Source: Alphaproteobacteria bacterium (GTDB lineage Bacteria > Pseudomonadota > Alphaproteobacteria > SP197). From it: a stretch of DNA of 64,000 nucleotides. The translations under genes were made by a program, and so were the position numbers. Under the pieces are notes generated by a model. That model did no database searches, was not told the DNA's origin, and was given only the letters and a program-made list of their open reading frames with translations. The first letter of the stretch is position 1. Every line of letters begins with the position of its first letter. Positions 40,419 to 50,853 of the stretch are shown here, piece after piece. The DNA lies in assembly GCA_964291415.2 (NCBI GenBank), contig OZ219920.1:416001-480000 (forward strand). Reading direction: 5' to 3'.

Positions 40419-41333
40419 TCACCGGAATAGCCTTTCAAGCGCGTCGCGCTGGGCCCTGTGTTTCCGGGGATTCGCTCGCTTCAGCTTTTCCAGGTTCACC
40501 AGCTTCCAGCGAACGGCCGGCAGGTTGACGGCTTCGGGCAAGTTGATCAGGCGGAAGTCCGGATCGGCATCGTGCAGGGAGAGCAGGAAGTCCGAGACGT
40601 CACCCGTCAATCGCGAACCGATGTCGGCATGAAGAAAGCGACGCGTTTCGATCAGGGCATTCCAGGAGACGGGCTGGCGAGTCATCCCCACGAACTCCTC
40701 CCCATACAGCTCCTCCCTGAGAGACGCCGCCGGCGCCAGCAGCTCGTGCATCGGGCGGGCAGATCCCGCCACATAGACCATGAACGTTCGGAAGAGGTCT
40801 GCCGTCAGGCCCTCGTTCTCGTACAGGAGCTTCACATCGTAGAGATCGCGCGGATGCTGGCGATCGAGCGCCGCGTGAAGCTTCCCGCCGTACAGATCTT
40901 CGAATGCCAGTACGTTCGTCTCGACGAATCCGAAGAGCTCAGTCACGGCCTCCGAAGCAGTCATCGTCGCCGCCGGATACACCGCCCCTCGCGCAACCGG
41001 GGAAGTCTCGATCTTGATCTGCGACTGGCCGTCGCTCACCATGATGCGCGTGCTGGCGTTTCCACTACCCGCAGCGCGGCGAGCCTCGACCCGCGGGTTG
41101 CGGCGGGCGATCGCAGTGACGATGCGATCGAGGGCATTGTCGATGTCCTGCAACGAAGATTGGCGGTCCGCCACCGGCAGGTAGGTCAGGTCGATGTCGA
41201 CGGACAGTCTCGGCATGTCTCTGTAGAACAGGTTGATGGCGGTCCCGCCCTTGAGCGCGAACACGGTCTCGCTGGCGATATCCTGCAGCGTGCTCAGGAG
41301 CAGGCGAACCTGCGCCACGTACCGGTCAAGCAT
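40419..41333 (-). CDS. abiEii: Type IV TA / Abi nucleotidyltransferase toxin AbiEii (system 2)
   Basis: FALKGGTAINLF, RLSVDIDL, KLHAALDRQHPRDLYD. Confidence 0.93.
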   Translation of the reverse strand: MLDRYVAQVRLLLSTLQDIASETVFALKGGTAINLFYRDMPRLSVDIDLTYLPVADRQSSLQDIDNALDRIVTAIARRNPRVEARRAAGSGNASTRIMVSDGQSQIKIETSPVARGAVYPAATMTASEAVTELFGFVETNVLAFEDLYGGKLHAALDRQHPRDLYDVKLLYENEGLTADLFRTFMVYVAGSARPMHELLAPAASLREELYGEEFVGMTRQPVSWNALIETRRFLHADIGSRLTGDVSDFLLSLHDADPDFRLINLPEAVNLPAVRWKLVNLEKLKRANPRKHRAQRDALERLFR

Positions 41334-42177
41334 CGCCGTCTGCCGCTCGCTGTGTCCCGGGCAGGAATGCTTCGGGCACGTAGATGCGGTAGGAGGGATG
41401 AAATCTGCCGCCCTCTACCAGGGCCCGCGGTCCGGACCCGAAATCGATCCCCGAGGTGTTCAGGTGCTTGCGCCATGCGTGTTGGTGCTTGTCGGCAAAC
41501 ACGAAGAACAGTCTTCGCACCTTTACGCTGCGACATGCGCTCAAGAGTGCCGAGAGCCGTCTGGGTCGGAGCGCCACAAGGCCCTCAAAGACCTTGTCGA
41601 GGTTTGTGAAGCTCGCATTCCGCGGCAGCTCGTCGAGGGCCTCGAGGATGGCGCGCTCCGGCGACGACGCCCTGAGGGGCCAGCGCCACACCCCGACCAT
41701 CGTCGGGGTTGCCGTCGCGCCAGGATTGACATCGTCGAGACCGAGAGGGTCATCGCCGAAAAGCGTGCGCCGGCGCACGATGATCTCGGTCTGCATGGGT
41801 AGCCGCTTCAGCCAGGACGGTACCTCGCCATAGAACTGAACGCGCGATCTTCCTCCGAGGCTCAGGTTATGGGCGTAGCCGGCCATGTCGAGGGCGCTCT
41901 CTCCGCCGAGATGCACCGCGTACTTCATGAGCCATTGCAGGGAAAGAAGCGGGATCGCCCAGGATTCCTCGCGGCTGCCCAGCGCGCCTTGGGGCAGCGG
42001 GCGTCGGTACACGCCGCGGACGACGCGTTCGAGCCACCCGCGGGCGACATAGTCGTGAATGGACTTCGGGTCGATTCCCTGGGATCTCAACCATGGAGTG
42101 TCCACCATGAAACCGGGAGGGACGGCGTCCAGCAGAGGTTTCAGGCGCGGTGTTCTTTGACGGTTCATAACCATCAA
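41326..42177 (-). CDS. abiEi: Type IV TA antitoxin AbiEi (system 2)
   Basis: GWLERVVRGVY, HLGGESAL, SSPERAILE, CRSVKVRRLF. Confidence 0.92.
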   Translation of the reverse strand: MMVMNRQRTPRLKPLLDAVPPGFMVDTPWLRSQGIDPKSIHDYVARGWLERVVRGVYRRPLPQGALGSREESWAIPLLSLQWLMKYAVHLGGESALDMAGYAHNLSLGGRSRVQFYGEVPSWLKRLPMQTEIIVRRRTLFGDDPLGLDDVNPGATATPTMVGVWRWPLRASSPERAILEALDELPRNASFTNLDKVFEGLVALRPRRLSALLSACRSVKVRRLFFVFADKHQHAWRKHLNTSGIDFGSGPRALVEGGRFHPSYRIYVPEAFLPGTQRAADGDA

Positions 42178-42178
42178 A

Positions 42179-42220
42179 ATACTTTAGTATCAAAATTTGT
42201 GCAAGTCATACTTTTATGAC
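42179..42220. promoter_or_regulatory. AT-rich abiE2 promoter with two palindromes
   Basis: ATACT-TT-AGTAT (42179-90) and GTCATA-CTTT-TATGAC (42205-20). Confidence 0.6.
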
Positions 42221-42359
42221 AAGTGAAAGCGCATGGCCAATAACCATGTAGATCGCTTTACGTCGCAATCATGATGTACAGCAAGCATTCAGCCTCACGG
42301 CAGACGAGGCCGTGTGGCTCACCCTCCAGGGCATTTGCGTGTCGTCTGAATGCTCTTCT

Positions 42360-43090
42360 GGCTGATCGGTTTCCGGGTTGACTCAATAGCTCGGCAAGAC
42401 CTCCAGCGCTCACCGTCGCTTAACCCATGACTCAGTGCGTCGGGTGAAAGCACTGACAGATGTGGCTATCCAGTGGGCGTTGACGCCACATGGCCAACCT
42501 GTCGATATTCACCGTGTTCCTGCCGCTGCAGTCGGCTGTCCTGGGCGGAGAAACCGCGAAGGCAATCCGTGCCGGTTCCATTGTGCCCCGTCGATCATCG
42601 ATGGGGCCGTCGATCAGGTCTGGGCCGCCTCGCCGATGTTGTCGACGCCGCGTTCCTCGAGGACCGTGTTGAGCCAGTTGGGATCCATCTCGGGCACCGA
42701 GGAGAGCAGGAGGTCCGTGTAGGGGTGATGGGGCGGCGTGAACATGACGTCCTTTGGCCCCATCTCGACGACGCGCCCCTCCTTCATGACCACGACCTCG
42801 TCGGCGATGGAGCGCACGGTTGCGAGATCGTGGGTGATGAACATGTAGGCGAGGTCGAGTTCCTCCTGCAGGCGATCGAGAAGCCTCAGGATTCCCTCGG
42901 CGACCAGCTGGTCAAGGGCGCTGGTGACCTCGTCGCAGATGATGAAGGAGGGCTCGGCCGCCAGGGCCCTGGCGATGCCAATCCGCTGTTTCTGCCCGCC
43001 GGAAAGCTCGGGCGGAAAGCGGCTGTAGAACTGCGACGGTTCGAGCTCGATGAGGTCGAGGAGCTCGTCGACCCGGTTCTTCAGCTGCGC
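42360..43090. repeat. 731-bp direct repeat copy 2 (native locus)
   Basis: Matches 39410-40140. Confidence 0.95.
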
Positions 43091-44263
43091 TCCCTTCAGT
43101 CCGCTGTAGAATTCGGCCGGTCGGCCGATGATGTCGCTGATCCGGACCTTGGGATTGAGCGCCGTATCGGCCATCTGGTAGATCATCTGCGCCTGGCGCA
43201 GCTGGTTCTTCGAGCGTGCCCGGAAGCTGGCCGGGAGCTCTTCTCCGGAAAACAGGATGCGCCCCTTGGTGGGCGGCAGCAATCCGGTGATGCAGCGGGC
43301 CGTGGTCGACTTTCCGGAACCCGACTCTCCCACCACCGCCACGGTCATGCCGGCGTGGATGTCGAAGGAAACATCCTCGAGCACCTTGGTCTCGCCGTAG
43401 GCCGCGTCGACGTCATCGATGGTGACGATCGGGACGGTGGCATCCTCGGGCCTGGTTTTCTGGGGCCGCTGGAAGCTCCGCACCGCCCACAGGGTCTTGG
43501 TGTAGTCCTCCTGCGGGTCGTCGAGCATGGTCACGGTATCCGCTTCCTCGACTTCGTCGCCCTTGAGCAGGACCTTGATGGTGTCGGCCATCTGGGCGAC
43601 GACGGCAAGGTCGTGGGTGATGTAGATGGCGGCGGTGTCGAACTGGTCGACGATGTCGCGAATGGCCGCGAGGACCTCGATCTGCGTGGTGACGTCAAGC
43701 GCCGTGGTGGGCTCGTCGAAAATGATGAGATCAGGTCGGCAGGACATTGCCATGGCCGTCATCGCCCGTTGCAGCTGTCCGCCAGAAACCTGGTGAGGGT
43801 AGCGGAACCCGATCTCCCTGGGATTGGGAAGGCGCAGGCGGTCGTAGAGTTCCATGGCGTCTTCCTGGCTCTCCATGCGCTTGCGGATACGGTAGTGAAC
43901 CGGTGCTTCCGTGTGCTGATCGATCAGCTTGTGGGCCGGATTGAACGATGCCGCCGCGGACTGGGCGACGTAGGCAATACGCGAGCCACGGAGAACGCGG
44001 CGGTCGGACTCGGGGGTGGTGGTGAGCTCCATGCCGTCAAACTCGACCGAACCTCCCGATATCCGGCAACCGTCCCGCGCAAAGCCCATGGCTGCGAGTC
44101 CGATGGTCGACTTGCCGGCGCCCGACTCACCGATCAGACCAAGGACCTCGCCACGATGGAGCGTCAGATCGACGCCGTGGACAATCTCGATCCACTTTTC
44201 GTCCGAATAGCCCTCGATCCGGAGACCCTGGATCTTGAGGAGAACGCGCTTGTCGTCGGCCAT
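42614..44263 (-). CDS. Peptide/nickel-type ABC ATPase with two nucleotide-binding domains
   Basis: GESGAGKST and GESGSGKST; SGGQLQR and LSGGQKQR. Start MADDKR. Confidence 0.93.
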   Translation of the reverse strand: MADDKRVLLKIQGLRIEGYSDEKWIEIVHGVDLTLHRGEVLGLIGESGAGKSTIGLAAMGFARDGCRISGGSVEFDGMELTTTPESDRRVLRGSRIAYVAQSAAASFNPAHKLIDQHTEAPVHYRIRKRMESQEDAMELYDRLRLPNPREIGFRYPHQVSGGQLQRAMTAMAMSCRPDLIIFDEPTTALDVTTQIEVLAAIRDIVDQFDTAAIYITHDLAVVAQMADTIKVLLKGDEVEEADTVTMLDDPQEDYTKTLWAVRSFQRPQKTRPEDATVPIVTIDDVDAAYGETKVLEDVSFDIHAGMTVAVVGESGSGKSTTARCITGLLPPTKGRILFSGEELPASFRARSKNQLRQAQMIYQMADTALNPKVRISDIIGRPAEFYSGLKGAQLKNRVDELLDLIELEPSQFYSRFPPELSGGQKQRIGIARALAAEPSFIICDEVTSALDQLVAEGILRLLDRLQEELDLAYMFITHDLATVRSIADEVVVMKEGRVVEMGPKDVMFTPPHHPYTDLLLSSVPEMDPNWLNTVLEERGVDNIGEAAQT

Positions 44264-44268
44264 GACGG

Positions 44269-45330
44269 TCACTCCTTCAGTCCGGACGAGCGGAACAGCA
44301 TCCAGTCGACCACAAAGTTGACGGCCACGGTCAAGAGCGCGATGGCCGCGGCAGGAATGAGTGGCGTGATCTCGCCGAACGAGATGAGCGTCGCATTCTC
44401 GCGCACCATCGACCCCCAGTCCGCCGTGGGCGGCTGGATGCCGAGGCCGAGGAACGAGAGACCCGCCACGAGGAGGAAGACGAAACAGAATTCCAGTCCG
44501 AACTCGGCGATCAGCGGCGCCGTCGAATTCGGCAGGATTTCCTTGCGGATGAGGTACCACATGCCCTCTCCGCGCAGGCTTGCCGCCTCGATGTAGTCCA
44601 TGACCACCACGTTGCCGGCGACGGCGCGGGTCAGGCGGAAGACGCGCGGTGCGTAGATGAGACCGATGATGATGACGAGGATGATGAGGTTGGTGCCGAA
44701 GATGCTGAGCAGCAGCAGGGCGAAGATCAGTCCGGGAATGGACATGACGACGTCGATGATGCGTCCCATCAGCTGGTCGAACCAGCCTCCCTTGACGGCG
44801 GCGACCATGCCCAGCAGCACGCCGATGACGAAGGCGATCATCGTCGCCACCAGGGCCAGTCCCACGGTGTTCCGGGCGCCATAGACGATACGGCTGAAGA
44901 GGTCGCGGCCCAGCTGGTCGGCGCCCAGCAGCATGTTTTCGTCGGCCGGTGCAAAGGACTGGGAAATCACCTCCGCCTCGCCGAAGGGGGCGATCACGGG
45001 AGCGAAGATTCCGAGCACGGCGTAGGTGAAGATGACGAACATGCCGAAGGATGCCGTCAGGGGCGCCGTGCGCAGGGCCTTGGCCGTTTCGGTGCCGCTG
45101 ATGATGACGAGGAATTCGCGGAAGGCGTAGGCCGTGCCTCCGGCGAGCGCCAGGAGGCCCGCGGCGATCGACACGGCCCACAGGGCGTCCTGCCCGCCGA
45201 CGATGCCCATGACGAAGGACGCCAGGGTCAGCGAGAAGAGGGCGAGGAAGATCTCCCGCCTCTTGAAGTAGGCGGCCAGGCACGACCCGCCGATGAGAAG
45301 GGCGTAGTAGACGATGACGAAGTAGTTCAT
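44269..45330 (-). CDS. Peptide-type ABC permease (DppC-like)
   Basis: LGADQLGRD, YIEAASLRGE, LSFLGLG...WG. Confidence 0.92.
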   Translation of the reverse strand: MNYFVIVYYALLIGGSCLAAYFKRREIFLALFSLTLASFVMGIVGGQDALWAVSIAAGLLALAGGTAYAFREFLVIISGTETAKALRTAPLTASFGMFVIFTYAVLGIFAPVIAPFGEAEVISQSFAPADENMLLGADQLGRDLFSRIVYGARNTVGLALVATMIAFVIGVLLGMVAAVKGGWFDQLMGRIIDVVMSIPGLIFALLLLSIFGTNLIILVIIIGLIYAPRVFRLTRAVAGNVVVMDYIEAASLRGEGMWYLIRKEILPNSTAPLIAEFGLEFCFVFLLVAGLSFLGLGIQPPTADWGSMVRENATLISFGEITPLIPAAAIALLTVAVNFVVDWMLFRSSGLKE

Positions 45331-45340
45331 GGCCGCCCTC

Positions 45341-46297
45341 CTACTTCGGGTGGCGCAGGCGCGGGTTGGTGAGAATGGCGCCCACGTCTGCGGCCAGGTT
45401 GAGGAGAATGAACGTCGCGGCGAAGATCAGGCAGCACGCCTGGACCACCGGGAAGTCGCGCTTGGTCACGGCGTCCACCAACAGCTGGCCGATGCCGGGA
45501 TAGACAAAGACCACCTCCACGAGGACGACACCGGTGATGAGGTAGGCGAGATTGAGGGCCACCACGTTGATGATGGGGGCCCACGCATTGGGCAGCGCGT
45601 GCCGCGCGATCACCCGCCACGCCGGTGTTCCCTTGAGGCGCGCCATCTCGATGTAGGGGGAGGCCAGGAGGTTGATGATGGCCGCCCGGGTCATGCGCAT
45701 CATGTGGGCGACGACCACGAGAACCATGGTCAACGCCGGCAGGAAGGTCCGTTCCAGGAGTTCGATGAACGTCAGGTCGTCGCTCAGCTTGGCGATGGCC
45801 GGGAACATGCCGGTCTTGACCGAGAAGTAGAGGATCAGGATGTAGCCGAGAAAGAACTCCGGCGACGAAATCGACGTCAGGGTGGCGACATTGGCGACGC
45901 GGTCGAACAGCGTGTTGCGCAGGAGGGCAACGATGATGCCGAGAATGATGGCGACCGGCACGGCGATAACCGCGGCGTATGCTGCCAGGAAGAGGGTGTT
46001 GGCGAACCGCGGCGCGATGGTGTCGGTCACCGACGACTGGGTCAGGAGCGAGTTGCCGAAGTCTCCGACGATAGCTCCCGTCAGCCAGTCGAAGTAGCGG
46101 ACAGGCGCGGAGCGATCGAGGCCGAGCTCGGTCCTGAGCGCCCTCAGGTTCTCTTCCGTGGCGCCCTGTCCGAGGACGGCCTGGGCGATGTCGCCCGGGA
46201 GAAGTTCGACCGCACCGAAGATGAGGACGGATATCACCAGCAGGGTCAGCACCCCCAGACCCAGCCTGGTGATGATGATACGTGTCACGTCACCCAT
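45341..46297 (-). CDS. Peptide-type ABC permease (DppB-like)
   Basis: PGD, GDFGNS, YIEMARLKG, HALPNA, RDFPVVQ. Confidence 0.92.
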   Translation of the reverse strand: MGDVTRIIITRLGLGVLTLLVISVLIFGAVELLPGDIAQAVLGQGATEENLRALRTELGLDRSAPVRYFDWLTGAIVGDFGNSLLTQSSVTDTIAPRFANTLFLAAYAAVIAVPVAIILGIIVALLRNTLFDRVANVATLTSISSPEFFLGYILILYFSVKTGMFPAIAKLSDDLTFIELLERTFLPALTMVLVVVAHMMRMTRAAIINLLASPYIEMARLKGTPAWRVIARHALPNAWAPIINVVALNLAYLITGVVLVEVVFVYPGIGQLLVDAVTKRDFPVVQACCLIFAATFILLNLAADVGAILTNPRLRHPK

Positions 46298-46754
46298 GCG
46301 TCCTCCAGTACGTCCCCGGGACAAAAAGGGTAACCCAATTCATGAAGCCGTGTCATCCCGTCCCTTGAGGGGACATCTACATTGCTGCGGATTTCAGCGA
46401 TCTGCGGTGCGAGTCCGACCGTTGCGTTCGCCGCGGAGCCGCGTCGAAGGGATCCCGGTGCCGGTGCCGGACGGGCGGTTTCGGAGGGGTTCCGGGCGTC
46501 GTGCGGGTCCGACTGCGACACCGGCGGGCGCGTATGCCTTGCACGGGACCGGTGCGTGGATGCCGGGCGGGCGTGTCAGCCGGGATCAGCTGGCGTTGTC
46601 AGGAGTTCCGGCGCCCGCCAGTCTCCTGCATCGGGTGAGGCCGCCGTTCCCAGACCGGGCGGTAGGGAAGGCGCGGAGCCATCCTTCGAGGAGCCTGCCT
46701 TGGCGGTGTGGATGAACATGGGCGGCACCGTAGGTCCCGGCAAAGCGGCATAGG

Positions 46755-47258
46755 CTAGGACCGCAGCAGCCCCTCGACCTCGGACATGCGCAAGACCAGC
46801 ATGAGTGGTTCGTGGTCTGAGAACGGTCGGAAGCCGAACTTCTCGTAGAACCTCCGGGCGCATTCATTGATTGCCTGCACGACTATGGCGCGGGCGCCGA
46901 TCACGCTGGCGGCGACGAGGGAACGCCTTGTCGCGTCGATCAGGAGGTCCGATCCCAAGCGTCGGCCGCGGCAGGCCTCATCTACCGCGAGTTGTCCCAA
47001 CAGAATGACCGGGACTGGGTCGGGCATGTTTCGGCCAACCCGGGACGATACCCGGCGGCGCTCAACGGAACTCGCCGCGAGGCTGTAGAACCCGGCCACT
47101 CGGTCGCCGTCGCAGACCACATAGGTGCGGGCGCCGCCCCTGGCCTCGTTCAGCCGTGCCTTTCCCCGGAGCCAGGCGTCAAGGGTTGGGACGCCCGAGG
47201 AGAACTGCGAGATGTCGTGGCGGGAGGCGAAAGGTTCGGGCGGGCCTAACGGTCCCAC
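46755..47258 (-). CDS. GNAT acetyltransferase toxin (AtaT/TacT-like)
   Basis: FSSG...LD.WL, GFYSLAA, PVPVILLGQLAVD...G..LG, FYEKFGF. Confidence 0.9.
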   Translation of the reverse strand: MGPLGPPEPFASRHDISQFSSGVPTLDAWLRGKARLNEARGGARTYVVCDGDRVAGFYSLAASSVERRRVSSRVGRNMPDPVPVILLGQLAVDEACRGRRLGSDLLIDATRRSLVAASVIGARAIVVQAINECARRFYEKFGFRPFSDHEPLMLVLRMSEVEGLLRS

Positions 47259-47536
47259 TGGGGTGCGCGCGCATAACGCGCCTTCACCGCGGGGTCGATC
47301 TCCACCGGCGCGTCGAGCGCGGCGATGAAGTCGTCCCAGGCCTTGTCGTCGAGGCAGATGACGGGTCGCTCGTTCAGGATCTCGATCGCCGCCGTCTCGC
47401 TGGAACTTAGCACGAACTCGGTCCGGCTGACGCCGCGAATCGCCGCCGCGCGGTCGATGACGGCTAGGCGCTCACTGGATGCGCGGAAGTTCACCTGGGG
47501 CACGACGTTTTCCTTCCCTTGGGTTGCGCGCAGCAT
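47246..47536 (-). CDS. DUF1778 RHH antitoxin
   Basis: IDRAAAIRGVSRTEFV...LD...WD.F..ALDAP...PW; overlaps the GNAT gene. Confidence 0.88.
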   Translation of the reverse strand: MLRATQGKENVVPQVNFRASSERLAVIDRAAAIRGVSRTEFVLSSSETAAIEILNERPVICLDDKAWDDFIAALDAPVEIDPAVKARYARAPQWDR

Positions 47537-47707
47537 TGCGTCGATTCCGCGATATAGCAATTGTATAGATGATCGGCAAGTCAACCGGCGCTCGGAAGTG
47601 TTCTCGGTCGATTGAAGTGTCTGCTCTTGAACATATCTCGGACCAGGCCACGACTTCAGCCACGTGTCCGAATCCGACCTCTCGCTGAAGTCACTACCAT
47701 TGTCCCG

Positions 47708-49663
47708 TTACATCTCCACGGCCGCTTCGAACCCTTCCAGAATCGCTTCCTCCGCCGTGCGCGGGGTGCGGCAGTCGCCGATGTAGCGCACGGATCCGGC
47801 CCAGCCGTGCAGCTCTTGTTCGAGCGTCATGTCGGGCGCGTTGCCCAGGCTGGCGACTACCGTCTCGATACCCTCGATGATGATGGGCTCGCTGTTGGTC
47901 GTGTGTTGCAGGTAGGCGGTCGCGCCGTCCACGCCGACCAGGCGCGCGAGAGGAATCGTCTCGACACCGAGCTTGTGCAGCCGGCCCACCCAATCGGCCC
48001 GCACATAGCCTTGCAGAAACTCTCCCGGTCCATAGCCGAGGTGCGCGAGCCGGACATGACAGCCGTCCCGAGCCAACAGCTCGGCGACGCCAAGGCCCGT
48101 CCAATCACCCCGCCAGTCAGCGACCAGCACGCTGCCCCCGACATCCGCCGAACCGGACACAACGTCGTTGGCCTGAACGATCGCGCCGTCTTCCGCGCCC
48201 ATGATGTCCGGTAGCCACGGATGCGCGCCGGTGGCGACGATGACGTGATCCGGCGCCTCACGCTCGATCATCGCCCGGTCGACAGCGACGCCCTTGCGCA
48301 CCGCTACGCCGGCAAGGTGCATCTCCCGTTCGAGGTTCGTGATCACCCCGCCGAACTCCGATCGGTCCGGCAGGCTCTGTGCAAGCCGCGCCTGACCGCC
48401 GAGGGCCGGCTCCCTTTCGTAGAGCGTCACGCGATGGCCGCGGGCGGCGGCGACGGCGGCCGCCTTCATCCCGCCCGGCCCGCCGCCGGCCACCAGCACG
48501 TCCCGGGGCGAGGATGCTGGTGGCAGGTCTCGATAGATATGTTCCCGTCCGGTGACCGGGTTCAGGATGCAGGACACGAAGGCGCCGATATTGCGGTGAC
48601 CGATACAGGCCTGGTTACAGCCGATACAGGCACGGATGTCTTCCGGCCGCCCTTCGCGCATCTTTCGGACGAAGTCCTCGTCCGCGATCATCGCCCGCAC
48701 CGTGCCGACCATGTCGGCCTCGCCGTCGGCGACGATCCGCTCGATTCGCGCCGGCTGGGTGATGCGCCCCGCGACCAGCACCGGTTTCGACACCACTTCC
48801 TTCACGGCCGCCGCTCTCGGCACGGCGGCATCCGTGTGATTGCCCATCGGCGGGATGTTGAGCAGCGAGTTCGCCAGCGAGCCGAAGGACCCGGTGGTGA
48901 TGCTGTAGAAATCCAGACTCACCGACCGGTCCAGGTGTGCGCAGGCCTCGACCAGTTCGGTTTCGGAAAACTCCCCGTCCCAGAGATGACTGGCCGACAG
49001 CCGGACACCGATGGCGTAACCGTCACCCACCCGCTCCCGGACCGCCTGCGCGATGCGGACCAGGAACCGGCAGCGATTCTCCACCGGCCCGCCATAGGCG
49101 TCGGTTCGCTTGTTCAACCCCGATGCCAGGAACTGCTCCAACAGGTAGCCGTGGCAGGCGATGATCTCCATGCCATCGAACCCGGCCCGTTTCATCCGGT
49201 CCGCCGCATCGGCATAGAGATCGACGATTCGGTCGATATCCGCGACCGTCATTGCGCGCGGCATGTGCATCAAGCGTTCATCCGGCAGGGCGGAAGCGGA
49301 ATAGGCGACAGGCCGCGTGCCGTCCGGGTTCCGGATCAGCAGCCGCCCCGGATGAAACAGCTGTCCGAAGACCTTCGCTCCCTTGGCATGCACCGCCTCC
49401 GTCAATCGCGCGAAACGCGGAATGGCGGCGTCCGCCGTCAGGCGCGGCGATGGCGCATGGATCGCCGTCTCGTCAACATGGATGATCTCGGTGAAGATCA
49501 GATCCGTCCCGCCGTCGATCCGCGCTTCGTAGTAGGCGATGCTCTCGTCGCCTGGAGCGAAATCCCGGGTCTGGCCGATGCCGTGGCCGGGAAAGAAGGA
49601 CCGGTTTCGCAAGCGCACCGGCCCAAGCGAGATCGGGGAGAAGAAACTGGGATAGGCCGCCAT
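47708..49663 (-). CDS. NADH:flavin oxidoreductase (OYE/TMADH-like; FMN, 4Fe-4S and FAD domains)
   Basis: QLFHPG, HGYLL.QF, RTDAYGG, CIGCNQAC...C, GGGPGG. Confidence 0.92.
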   Translation of the reverse strand: MAAYPSFFSPISLGPVRLRNRSFFPGHGIGQTRDFAPGDESIAYYEARIDGGTDLIFTEIIHVDETAIHAPSPRLTADAAIPRFARLTEAVHAKGAKVFGQLFHPGRLLIRNPDGTRPVAYSASALPDERLMHMPRAMTVADIDRIVDLYADAADRMKRAGFDGMEIIACHGYLLEQFLASGLNKRTDAYGGPVENRCRFLVRIAQAVRERVGDGYAIGVRLSASHLWDGEFSETELVEACAHLDRSVSLDFYSITTGSFGSLANSLLNIPPMGNHTDAAVPRAAAVKEVVSKPVLVAGRITQPARIERIVADGEADMVGTVRAMIADEDFVRKMREGRPEDIRACIGCNQACIGHRNIGAFVSCILNPVTGREHIYRDLPPASSPRDVLVAGGGPGGMKAAAVAAARGHRVTLYEREPALGGQARLAQSLPDRSEFGGVITNLEREMHLAGVAVRKGVAVDRAMIEREAPDHVIVATGAHPWLPDIMGAEDGAIVQANDVVSGSADVGGSVLVADWRGDWTGLGVAELLARDGCHVRLAHLGYGPGEFLQGYVRADWVGRLHKLGVETIPLARLVGVDGATAYLQHTTNSEPIIIEGIETVVASLGNAPDMTLEQELHGWAGSVRYIGDCRTPRTAEEAILEGFEAAVEM

Positions 49664-49665
49664 GC

Positions 49666-50853
49666 CTATCGTGCCATGTAGTCGGCGACGCGTTGCTGAA
49701 AGGCATGCACCTGGCTTTCCCAGGCTGGCGCAAAGATGCCGCCGTCGAACGCGGGAGACCCGCGTCCCGCCTGCAAGGTGCGGCAGACGTCGATATCCTC
49801 CGCGTTGACCATCGACCAGAAGTCGACGCAGTGTTTTCGGCCCGCCGCCAGGTTGTCATCGAACGCCGCATCCCCATGGAAGAAGATTTTCAGCGTCTGA
49901 TGCGCCCGGTCTGGCGCGACCGGCGTTTCGATGATGCTGACGATGTGATCCGGATGCACGAACAACAGGATGTTTGGAAAGAAATGCAGATAGACAATCC
50001 GGGTCCGCCATTCCTGCGGCATCGAGTCCGGAATCGGCATGCCGAAATGCGCTTCTTCCGACTCCGCCGGATAGTCGTAAATGATCGGAAAGAGGGGCCC
50101 TTCGACCGACGCTCGCCGGACGGAGTCCGTGACCGTTTCCCCGCTTCCGTACAACGCCTCGTTCCGCTTGACCAGGCTGTCACCGTGAATGTAGGGAATG
50201 TGATAGCAATCGAAGAAGTTCTCGAGGGTCAACTTCCAGTTCGCCTCGAAAACAAAGTCCGTCGCTGCCGCCAGTCTCAGGTCCGAAAAATCGTAGCTCT
50301 CCAGACATGCGATCAGCGGCGCCGCATGCTCATCGAAGTTTTCCGCCTCCTCGTCGAGCGTGACGAACAGCCACCCGTGCCAGTTGTGGAGCCGGACCGG
50401 CCGTAAACCCAGATTCTCTTTCCGCCGCGCGGTACCCTCCCACTCTTTGCCCATGCCGCCGAAGTTGGGCGTCGCGCTCAAACTGCCGTCGAGCCTGTAG
50501 GTCCAGCAATGATAGCCGCAAACAATGGATCGCTGCTGCTTGCGACTGCCTTCGACAAGGACGTTGCCCTTGTGTCGGCAGACATTGTGGAAAGCTCGCG
50601 GCTCGCCATCCTGACCGTGGACCAGCATGATCGGCGCGCCGCCGACGGAAACGGCCGTGATATCGCCTTTGTCCGGAATATCCGTGATGTGACCGGCGCA
50701 AACCCAGGTTCGGCGGAAGATCTTTTCCTGTTCCAGTCGGAAGTACGCCGGGTCCGTATAGGTCTCCCCCGGCAGACCGTAGGCTTCATCAATCGGAAGG
50801 TTGAGCCGCTCTCTGTCCTGCGAGCCGATCGGCGTGTCCTGCCTGAACGACAT
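49666..50853 (-). CDS. Rieske oxygenase alpha subunit (choline/betaine-type)
   Basis: CRH...CGYHCW, NWKLTLENFFDCYH...H, EDIDVCRTLQAG. Confidence 0.9.
   Translation of the reverse strand: MSFRQDTPIGSQDRERLNLPIDEAYGLPGETYTDPAYFRLEQEKIFRRTWVCAGHITDIPDKGDITAVSVGGAPIMLVHGQDGEPRAFHNVCRHKGNVLVEGSRKQQRSIVCGYHCWTYRLDGSLSATPNFGGMGKEWEGTARRKENLGLRPVRLHNWHGWLFVTLDEEAENFDEHAAPLIACLESYDFSDLRLAAATDFVFEANWKLTLENFFDCYHIPYIHGDSLVKRNEALYGSGETVTDSVRRASVEGPLFPIIYDYPAESEEAHFGMPIPDSMPQEWRTRIVYLHFFPNILLFVHPDHIVSIIETPVAPDRAHQTLKIFFHGDAAFDDNLAAGRKHCVDFWSMVNAEDIDVCRTLQAGRGSPAFDGGIFAPAWESQVHAFQQRVADYMAR

Noticed and set aside
46300-46750. Possible ncRNA or riboswitch in the long intergenic region
   Set aside because: Only weak REP-like and GC hairpin sequence; no family recognisable without an Rfam search.
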